64,000 nt of DNA, from IMG/VR virus record IMGVR_UViG_3300044799_000154, positions 32,001 through 96,000 of that record; one strand, given 5' to 3'. The position numbers were made by a program, and so were the translations under genes. Position 1 is the stretch's first letter. Each line of letters starts with the position of its first letter. Positions 56,373 through 64,000 of the stretch are shown piece by piece. The notes under the pieces are model-generated. The model worked only from the letters and a program-made list of their open reading frames with translations, was not told where the DNA came from and ran no database searches. This stretch comes from a virus.

Positions 56373-57683
56373 TTAGAGAGTTGTGATTTCCTCAGGTCCC
56401 CAATCCCCATGACTGGGCTCAGGACTAACATATTTACTTGCAAATATCCAATCAACATAGCCAATATTTGTCCCTGCACCATAGAATGCTATGCCAATTA
56501 AACCACTTGCTGAACCTGCATCTATCCCAGTAATTTCATTAATACCGTCAAATAATGCCTTATGACTACTACCTACAACCATTTCTTCCATTAGATGCCA
56601 AACACCCAAAGTTAAAAATGGAGCAGAGGTTCCGAAGAAATAACTAGGAGGTATTCTATAATGCTGACAGACCCACCCAAAAGGAGGTCCATAAACCATA
56701 TAAAATGTATTTGCATTAGTATAACGATATATTAAATCCATGTCACTTGCAGAAACCTTGATACATCGAGACTTAATTCTTGCATTTGTTATAGTTGAAT
56801 TAGTTAAACAAGCCATACCTCCACTAGGAAAAGTACTAGTACACTGGATTGTTCCATCTCCAATAGCTACCCATGAACCACTCACTATTGTCCAACCAGT
56901 TAATACATCACAATCATCAAAATGTAAGAAAGTATTATCTCCATTACTTGTTGTCGTGGCATCTGCTTTACCATAATACACATAAATTCTCTGATTTATT
57001 GAACTTAGATCATCTGCCACTTCAACCCAAAATATAGCATAGTTGCCATCAACTTTACTTTCCATCCAATAATCTAAAAGTGTAAAGCCGTCATCATCAG
57101 TAAATCTTACATCACCAAAATCAGTTCTACAATGATTATTAAGATAAACATCATCATCATTGTCTATTCCACTTCCAAAGTGAACAGTTATCAGTTTCTG
57201 ATAGTTAGTTCCAGCTCCAGCAGCATAATTAATAATATGATATTTTCGATATTCCCAACCTAGTAACCATTCCAAAGTCGAAGAGGTTGCACTAATAGCT
57301 ATGAAATCATATTCTTCTTCTAGCCATCCAGAAACTGGAATATTGATAGTAGCTTTCTTGAACCTACAATTGTAAAGATATAGAGAAGGAGAGCTAGGAT
57401 CAGTAGAACTTTCCAATAACAAATCAAAAGGAATATTATTGTTCCAAGAGAAAGGAGATATATTTATACCAAGAAGGCTAAGATAATAAGTATTAACCCA
57501 AAGCCGTTTGATATGTCCTAAGATTTCTTGGGTTCCTTCGGTAATAATTGTATTAGGAGTTATTTGTTCTATCCCATAGTATTCTTCTAAGCTATTGTTT
57601 ATTTCTATAGAGACATTAGAACAACCAACTTCTATTCCATTAATCAGAATCTTAGCAGTTCCACTCTTGAAGATCTTTCCCAT
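56373..57683 (-). CDS. tail-tube-like domain fused to DUF2341/lectin
   Basis: N-terminal ~130 aa paralogous to the 58210-58935 N-terminus; then WLLGWEYRK...DFGDVRFTD. Confidence 0.7.
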   Translation of the reverse strand: MGKIFKSGTAKILINGIEVGCSNVSIEINNSLEEYYGIEQITPNTIITEGTQEILGHIKRLWVNTYYLSLLGINISPFSWNNNIPFDLLLESSTDPSSPSLYLYNCRFKKATINIPVSGWLEEEYDFIAISATSSTLEWLLGWEYRKYHIINYAAGAGTNYQKLITVHFGSGIDNDDDVYLNNHCRTDFGDVRFTDDDGFTLLDYWMESKVDGNYAIFWVEVADDLSSINQRIYVYYGKADATTTSNGDNTFLHFDDCDVLTGWTIVSGSWVAIGDGTIQCTSTFPSGGMACLTNSTITNARIKSRCIKVSASDMDLIYRYTNANTFYMVYGPPFGWVCQHYRIPPSYFFGTSAPFLTLGVWHLMEEMVVGSSHKALFDGINEITGIDAGSASGLIGIAFYGAGTNIGYVDWIFASKYVSPEPSHGDWGPEEITTL

Positions 57684-57689
57684 TTTAGA

Positions 57690-58193
57690 TCATTCCCTTT
57701 GGTCTTTCAAATGTTTTGCTCGCATAGGTAAAGTTTCTATTTGGTAACCAAAATGTCTTATTTTACTCCACATATAAAGACATTCACAGATTCCAGAAGG
57801 ATTCCAATCATAATATTTCTTAAGTAGATCTGTTCTCCATATACTTGTTCCAAATGCTAAATGTCCTTGAAGAGTCTCATAATCAAGAGCAACTACTCCC
57901 ACTTTATCATTTTTTTCTAAGATCTGTAAAGCTTCATCAACATAACCATAAGGAAGTAAAGTATCTGAGTCCAAAACAAGAATATATTTTGTTGAAGTGA
58001 GATCAATCATCTTTCTCCTAGCTTCCCAAAACTTCATGTCAGATATCTCTACATTGTTCACAAATAGTATTGTATCAGAAGTAGCAATTATGCGGATTGG
58101 ATATTTCTTGAAGAGCTCTCTATGATGCTCAATAAATTTAACTAAGATTTCTTTCTTCTCTTTGATAGGAATTGTGATAGTTAAAAGATCCAT
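57690..58193 (-). CDS. GT2-like glycosyltransferase inside the tail module
   Basis: LTITIP, YILVLDSD (DxD). Confidence 0.65.
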   Translation of the reverse strand: MDLLTITIPIKEKKEILVKFIEHHRELFKKYPIRIIATSDTILFVNNVEISDMKFWEARRKMIDLTSTKYILVLDSDTLLPYGYVDEALQILEKNDKVGVVALDYETLQGHLAFGTSIWRTDLLKKYYDWNPSGICECLYMWSKIRHFGYQIETLPMRAKHLKDQRE

Positions 58194-58209
58194 TAATGTT
58201 CATCCTCCA

Positions 58210-58935
58210 TTAACATCCTGAATGATGAAAAACTGCTGTTATTGTACAAGTTCCAGAAATGTGAGCTACAGTACTAATAAGAGAAGGATCATCCAAAACA
58301 ACAGAACCAGTACTTTCCCAATGATTAAAAATATTAGAATCAGTTTCAATATAAGTTATAGTATAATCTCCTGCTGCTTTTGTTAAAGTTTGAGGTAAAG
58401 GAACGTAAGTTTCTAGAGGAGGAGAAATAGTTATCTCTCCTTCATGATCATGCCAAGGTTCCCATTCACATCTTGAGTCTATTACTACACTATAAGTTGG
58501 AAGTGGAGGGATAGTATTTGTACCAGCAGAAAAAGCTATAAAATCATAAGATTCCTCTAGCCAACCATTTGCTGGTATTGAGATTGATCCTTTCTTAAAT
58601 CTACAATTATAAAGATATAAAATAGGAGAGTCTGGATCAGAAGAAGCTTGAAGTCTCATATCAAATTCAAAATTGGGAACTGTTGGTCCTACTCCACCAA
58701 GAAGAAGTCTTAGATAATAAATGTTAACCCAAGCTTTCTCAATAGTTCCAGAAATTTCTATTAGCCCAAACTCATCAGCAGAAGCAACAGGATGATGATA
58801 CATGTTCGGATCTTCAATTGAATAATAAGGTTCTACAGGAGTATTGTAATCTACCTTGACGCTTCTACAATCTATGATTTCCATGTCTTGAAGGTAGATC
58901 TTAGCTGTCCATCCCCTAAATATTCTGTGAGACAC
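58210..58935 (-). CDS. tail-tube-like domain fused to an Ig/B-repeat-like domain
   Basis: ISGTIEKAWVN, LYNCRF...WLEESYDFIA; C-terminal FNHWE...TITAVF. Confidence 0.6.
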   Translation of the reverse strand: MSHRIFRGWTAKIYLQDMEIIDCRSVKVDYNTPVEPYYSIEDPNMYHHPVASADEFGLIEISGTIEKAWVNIYYLRLLLGGVGPTVPNFEFDMRLQASSDPDSPILYLYNCRFKKGSISIPANGWLEESYDFIAFSAGTNTIPPLPTYSVVIDSRCEWEPWHDHEGEITISPPLETYVPLPQTLTKAAGDYTITYIETDSNIFNHWESTGSVVLDDPSLISTVAHISGTCTITAVFHHSGC

Positions 58936-58936
58936 A

Positions 58937-61900
58937 TTAGTCTACCTCCGTTGGATTCTCGGCTGGTTTCCTTCTTCCTTTCTGTTCTATTCGTCTAACT
59001 CTTTCAGAGATCTGGTAAACATTACCTTCAAAGTAAATTGGATCTAAAGACAGAATTAGATCTACATAGTAATCATTTTCTTCAATATGATGAATGATTG
59101 TCTCAATTCTGTAACTTCTATTGTCAAGAGTCATATCAGCAAATTCAGGGACAGAGTTATCAACTACTAGAACTTTTCCAGGGTCTAAGTTTTCCATTCC
59201 AATATATTCTGCTTCTACATTCTTTATTGTTATAATTGGATCTTTGTACTTGACTACAAATTCAAGAGCTCTTCTTGCAGCAGCAGTATCTGAGTATAGA
59301 GTCTCATCAAATAATTCTTTAAATCGAACACCATTGCCAAACTCAGAAGTAGCATCCTCATATTCTCCATACCATCTAGCTTGATCGAAATGAATCCAAT
59401 CAATTAAGAGATAATCTCCAACTGCTGGTACTCCTCCAAAAGTAGCTGTTAGTTCAAATTCAATACTCTGCAAAGTTCCTACACAATTTCCTGTCCATCC
59501 ATCAGCATCTTCACCTACAGGAATTTCTATAGTTGTCCAGTTATCACTTGTCATTCCAGAAAATTGGACTTGAGTAGTAGCTGTATTACCATCTGCAAAG
59601 ATAAATCTAACTACTAATTGTGAGATTCCAGTTGGGAAATTACCATAATGAGGAGCAGCTACAAACTTAAAGGATTTAGCTGAAGCTTTAGTTTCTAGAT
59701 CAACTATTTCATCCAATGGATTAGAATTAACCAGCCAATCTAAACGATAAGTAGCAGTTACATTTCCACTTCCATGGAATCGTATTGATCGAATATGATC
59801 CCAACCAGTATAACCTCCAATAGTTGCAAAGTCTGCTCTTGCAGGTTCAAACCATTTCCATCCTACGAAATTATCAGTGATTTGATACCTATACCCATCT
59901 ATCATAACTGGAACATATACTGCTTTGGAGAACTCAATATCAATTGTTGATCCTGTATTCTGTCCATATAGCCAGAATCCTATATTGGGCTTAGAAGCAG
60001 AACTGTAATTTTGATCTACACTGTAGTTATGATAGAAATCTAAAGTTTGTGTAGACAAGATCACTTTATAAGAGCTAGAGCCTTTTTTCATTTCCTCAGA
60101 ATCATCTTCAGCACTTCCTGAAATTAGACTCCAGAAAGCAGTTCCTCCATCAGTCCAAATAACTACTGGAGATGGTATTGTTAATCTAGCTGAAAACTTC
60201 TCTGTTCCTGCAACAGAATTGTCGGCATAATAGACAGTAAAGTTATTCATGCATCCAGTAGAATACAATCCCATTCCTGTAAGTTTGTATTTAATATAAA
60301 GATCTGTGTCTGTAGGTCCTTCAACATAATCAGGAGGTCCTGGAGGCAAATATGGAAAGAGATCTTGATACTCATCAGTGATATTATCATCTGGATACAA
60401 TAACCTTACATAAGTTCCACCAGAACCCCATTTGTAATAAACTTCAACATGTCCAGTTCCTGTATGGAAACAACCAGCACTATGAAGTCTCATCTTTTTA
60501 CCTGAAGAACAACCCAAACTGAATTCTACTTCTAAACTTCCAGGTCCAAAAAGAACAGGAGTATGACACCAACCATCTGGATGATTCCATATCCACCAAG
60601 AACCAGTTGTAGCTCCTGAGATCTTAATTGAATTTGTTCCAGCTTTTGGAGTAGGTGGTGCAGGTTGTAAAGTACATGAGCAGGTAAGAAGTCCAGTCCA
60701 TACAAATGGTAATGAACCTCCACCTAAAGAATCAGACCAACGATCATAATCCCAAGGAATAACTTTGTTATCTCGACCATAGACTTTTACTTTATTACAA
60801 AGCAATTCTTCTGGATCAGTTACATCATAATCAGTTAGATCTTCTCTATAAAGTACAAGTGGAATAGTAGGAGGATCATCTCGATATTGGATATGTCCAA
60901 CTGTATCTCTTCTCTTGAACCATCTAGCCATTTTCTCTTCATCAATATACCAATCATGCTCTGTTGCATCACTTACTTTAGTCATTGCATCAATTAAAGG
61001 TTCTCCATCAAAATCTAGTTGTCTAGTGGGTCTAGGTATCAAATCTTCAATATGATCAGTACCTATTACTGCTGAAATATTTAGATTACATTTTTCAGTA
61101 GCAAGAGGTTCTTCTGTTCCTGTGCCTCCATTCCATCTAATAGCTATTTCAGAAGTTGAAAGAACTCCTGAATAAAGAACTATTTCATCTAGTTTAGTGT
61201 AATAAAGATGATCGGCAATAGTATTGGAACCAAATCTTAGAGGTTCAGTATTCAATATTGAAGCAGTAAGATTATCTTCAACAACAAGTGGAGCTTTTAA
61301 TGTATTATCTATGTACAATTTAATTCCACTTGCAACTCCACTACCATCATAAGTCATTACTAAATGATGCCAAGCACTATTTAACCATGAACAAGGATAC
61401 ACTCCTTCAGTAAGTGTAAGAAGTATTCTATTACCAGTTAAACCATTAGAACTAAGAACTATATTTAAATTAAGTCCATCCTGTTCAAATATAGTCCAAC
61501 CTGTGAAAGGAGTACCTGAATATTTTGAGATTAAAGGAAAGATTCCAGCCCAGTCAGTTTCAAGTTTACTTGAATCCATCCAGAACCAGAATTCCACAGA
61601 GAAAGGAGTATTCCAATCAAAATCAGTGATATCTCCACAAGTTACTGATCCAGTCTGAGAGGATTGAAAATATAAAGCGTTTCCCAATTTTCCAGAGACC
61701 CAAGTTGGTGCTAGACCTGGATTCAATAAATCCTCATAAGTTCCATCTCTTCCAAAATAGCTTGAATCAGTTATTAGAGTTCCAGATCCTTCATTAATAT
61801 GCCAATGTCCTTCTTCAAAGAAAGATGGTGTAAAAGATGAGAGAATGTCAAGAACAATTTGTGTAGCATATTCAGTTTCTGGATATGATTGAGTAAATTT

Positions 61901-62290
61901 ATCTGTCAAAAGAAGAAATGACCAATCTCTAGCTCTCAAAGTTAGTGTTTTATCTTCATCATCTGAGGTTTTAGCAGCTTCATAAACTACGCCACTAAAT
62001 ACTTTTTGAAGAACGCTTCCAGTCGCTTCGAATCCTAACCAAATAAGAATAATATCTCCAGCTTCAAATCTTTTAGTAGGATCATTATCAAAAGATACTT
62101 CTGCTTCAGCTACCTGACCTGAGACTGTTTGAGTTGCTTTTATTTTTATTAATTCAGACAATAGAAATTCATGAATATCATCTGGAGTAGTATTCTGAGG
62201 AGGAGGATTAACATAAGTGGCATTATTATCAATGCGAGTACAAATTCCACTTATTTTTCTATAAATCTGAATATCATAGTCAGGTATCAT
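58937..62290 (-). CDS. tail hub/baseplate protein with LamG and carbohydrate-binding inserts
   Basis: VFSGVV...LTLRARD hub motif; FSVEFW, WHHLVMTYDG, LDEIVLY (LamG); NKVKVYG. Confidence 0.75.
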   Translation of the reverse strand: MIPDYDIQIYRKISGICTRIDNNATYVNPPPQNTTPDDIHEFLLSELIKIKATQTVSGQVAEAEVSFDNDPTKRFEAGDIILIWLGFEATGSVLQKVFSGVVYEAAKTSDDEDKTLTLRARDWSFLLLTDKFTQSYPETEYATQIVLDILSSFTPSFFEEGHWHINEGSGTLITDSSYFGRDGTYEDLLNPGLAPTWVSGKLGNALYFQSSQTGSVTCGDITDFDWNTPFSVEFWFWMDSSKLETDWAGIFPLISKYSGTPFTGWTIFEQDGLNLNIVLSSNGLTGNRILLTLTEGVYPCSWLNSAWHHLVMTYDGSGVASGIKLYIDNTLKAPLVVEDNLTASILNTEPLRFGSNTIADHLYYTKLDEIVLYSGVLSTSEIAIRWNGGTGTEEPLATEKCNLNISAVIGTDHIEDLIPRPTRQLDFDGEPLIDAMTKVSDATEHDWYIDEEKMARWFKRRDTVGHIQYRDDPPTIPLVLYREDLTDYDVTDPEELLCNKVKVYGRDNKVIPWDYDRWSDSLGGGSLPFVWTGLLTCSCTLQPAPPTPKAGTNSIKISGATTGSWWIWNHPDGWCHTPVLFGPGSLEVEFSLGCSSGKKMRLHSAGCFHTGTGHVEVYYKWGSGGTYVRLLYPDDNITDEYQDLFPYLPPGPPDYVEGPTDTDLYIKYKLTGMGLYSTGCMNNFTVYYADNSVAGTEKFSARLTIPSPVVIWTDGGTAFWSLISGSAEDDSEEMKKGSSSYKVILSTQTLDFYHNYSVDQNYSSASKPNIGFWLYGQNTGSTIDIEFSKAVYVPVMIDGYRYQITDNFVGWKWFEPARADFATIGGYTGWDHIRSIRFHGSGNVTATYRLDWLVNSNPLDEIVDLETKASAKSFKFVAAPHYGNFPTGISQLVVRFIFADGNTATTQVQFSGMTSDNWTTIEIPVGEDADGWTGNCVGTLQSIEFELTATFGGVPAVGDYLLIDWIHFDQARWYGEYEDATSEFGNGVRFKELFDETLYSDTAAARRALEFVVKYKDPIITIKNVEAEYIGMENLDPGKVLVVDNSVPEFADMTLDNRSYRIETIIHHIEENDYYVDLILSLDPIYFEGNVYQISERVRRIEQKGRRKPAENPTEVD

Positions 62291-62302
62291 TAAGATTCAT
62301 TC

Positions 62303-62800
62303 CTATACTGTGCAAGTCCAAGGATCAGTATATCCAGTAATATTCTCACAGTTAACTCTTTCAAGATCTATTGTATAGTCTAACCAACCAATCCTTCCTT
62401 CTGTTTGAGTAAACTTTACATTCTTGAAAACTACAAAAACAATTTCCCAAGTATGTGCATTAGCACCTGCTGGATTTGGACATAGAAAAATCTGAGGTGT
62501 GTTAGAATCTATAACTACTTGGAACTTAGAGTTCCTTTTGGAATAAAATTCTATTAGGTTAGCAAGAGCATCTGAACTGTAAGATCCTTGACAACTTCCT
62601 TGTAAGTTCCAAGTTATAGTTTCTCGTGTACGGAACTTAGCTTTCTTTAATTTTCTCCTTCCTCTGTGAGCAACTCTCCACTGAACCTCAACTGATTTAG
62701 TAATAGACTTAGGTCCAGGAGAGAAAGTTAAAGTAGTTCCACTAGTTGCATATGAACTTCCATCCCAGTAATATTCTGTTAATCTTAAACTTACTGTCAT
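62303..62800 (-). CDS. distal tail (Dit-like) protein
   Basis: Position between tape measure and hub; ITWNLQG...YTIDLE pattern. Confidence 0.5.
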   Translation of the reverse strand: MTVSLRLTEYYWDGSSYATSGTTLTFSPGPKSITKSVEVQWRVAHRGRRKLKKAKFRTRETITWNLQGSCQGSYSSDALANLIEFYSKRNSKFQVVIDSNTPQIFLCPNPAGANAHTWEIVFVVFKNVKFTQTEGRIGWLDYTIDLERVNCENITGYTDPWTCTV

Positions 62801-62802
62801 TA

Positions 62803-63999
62803 TTAATACACTCTTCCACCATATTCTTTACTTTGCTTTTCAGATATCTTCTTTGCCAATTTATCTATATCTGCATCTTCTCGGATAGTAGCTTGTATAT
62901 TATAGGTATTGTATATTGAACCTATTCCACCTACTGCTCCACCTGGAGGTACAACTACTTCTGCTGGTTCCAAATAAGCTACTCCTCCTCTCTCTACAAC
63001 TCCTCCAGCTTGTAACATTGGAATACCTCCCATTACTCCACCTATGAATCCAGCTATTCCTCCTACTATTCCAGTTGCCCAAGCAGGGATAGCACTCAAA
63101 GATGCAGCTAGAGCACCTACTGCTCCTGCTAAGAGACCTATTGACCCTGCAACCATTGCTATTCCAGCAGCACCTAAGAACAACCCAGGCATAGCAATTA
63201 GAAGTGCTGTTCCCAAAACTACAAATGCAAGACCTAATCCTAGAATTATTCCTAAAGCAGCAGCCATTTGAGGAATTGAACCAATTATAGTATTGAAGAA
63301 TCCAGTTGAAGCAACCATTACACTTATGAATGCATTTGCTAAGTTCTGCACTCCTATTGAGAATACTAAGAATGCAGCAGCAGCTACCAAAACAGCTCCT
63401 GCTAAAACCATGAAAACAGCAGCTCCCAGAAGAGTTAAAGGAGCTAAAGCACCCATGATTGTCATTGCTACCATTAATGCTAAGAATGCACCCACAAATG
63501 CATACATTACTGATATCATATCCCCAATATTTCCACCCATAGCTCCCAAAGCAAGAAACATTCCAGTGAATGCTCCTATTAGCATGATGATAGGAATTGT
63601 CATCACAATCATAGCAGCAGCTCCTTGCATTATCTGACCAGAGAATGCATTGAGAATAACTATGATTCCAGTCATTATTCCCATTAATGATCCTATTGCT
63701 CCAGCCATGCTGAATAGGAATCCTACTACTTCCCCTACTGATAGTCCTGCATTACCAATGACAGTTAAGAATAATGTGAACATTCCTATTAAAATGTCAA
63801 CAGCAAGAGATAATGCTATGAGTACTCCTACTGCTTTGTAAGTATCAGCCTCTAATCCACTCATACTTCTAATGAAGAATACTAGAGCTCCAACAATTGC
63901 TATGATATTTACTGATAAAGTTCCCAGATATCCAAAGAGATCAGCTAGACTAATCTTGAAAGTTCCTACAGTTTTTAGAATCTCGTTTATAGCTAACAA
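62803..63999 (-). CDS. tail tape measure protein, C-terminal part (5'-truncated)
   Basis: Ala/Gly/hydrophobic repeats; IPMLQAGGVV...AYLEPAEVVVP C-terminal motif. Confidence 0.8.
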   Translation of the reverse strand: MLAINEILKTVGTFKISLADLFGYLGTLSVNIIAIVGALVFFIRSMSGLEADTYKAVGVLIALSLAVDILIGMFTLFLTVIGNAGLSVGEVVGFLFSMAGAIGSLMGIMTGIIVILNAFSGQIMQGAAAMIVMTIPIIMLIGAFTGMFLALGAMGGNIGDMISVMYAFVGAFLALMVAMTIMGALAPLTLLGAAVFMVLAGAVLVAAAAFLVFSIGVQNLANAFISVMVASTGFFNTIIGSIPQMAAALGIILGLGLAFVVLGTALLIAMPGLFLGAAGIAMVAGSIGLLAGAVGALAASLSAIPAWATGIVGGIAGFIGGVMGGIPMLQAGGVVERGGVAYLEPAEVVVPPGGAVGGIGSIYNTYNIQATIREDADIDKLAKKISEKQSKEYGGRVY

Positions 64000-64000
64000 T

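Noticed and set aside
37774-57810. DPSKK, DPSKA, NPSVY, NPSGI and similar in large glycan and tail proteins
   Set aside because: Internal, lack the conserved Arg and are compatible with chance
1-64000. CRISPR array, rRNA, tRNA, integrase/transposase, DGR reverse transcriptase
   Set aside because: No regular repeat-spacer structure, RNA gene signature or such protein motifs were seen

Overview
AT-rich, densely coding fragment of a large tailed (Caudoviricetes-type) archaeal virus. The host is probably TACK/Bathyarchaeia-like; this is inferred from an archaeal/eukaryotic-type topoisomerase IB, RadA-, XPF-, Ogg- and DHH-family proteins, a PolB with a PIP box and TATA-box promoters. The + strand carries three regions. 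About 1-22 kb holds many small accessory ORFs plus nucleotide-metabolism genes (RNase H, NDT, two MazG, metallophosphoesterase, topo IB, class II RNR, Ogg). About 22-31 kb is a replication/recombination module. About 31-48.9 kb is a ~17 kb sugar-biosynthesis island with about 11 glycosyltransferase-like genes. From 48.9 kb onward the - strand carries a tail module (tape measure, distal tail/hub, tube-domain adhesins, DUF2341/BNR fibres, serine protease, holin-like protein). The most striking signal is a short linear peptide tag, N-P-S-x-R, present about 27 times in about 26 otherwise unrelated small proteins, mostly at N- or C-termini. It is encoded with fully varied synonymous codons and is absent from the large core enzymes, the glycan island and the virion genes. 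Other notable signals are a ~250-nt structured RNA upstream of a LAGLIDADG gene, a strong GATC depletion-to-enrichment gradient, stand-alone fragments resembling capsid and tail proteins, and combinatorial tail adhesin modules. All protein family calls come from motif recognition by eye, not database searches.
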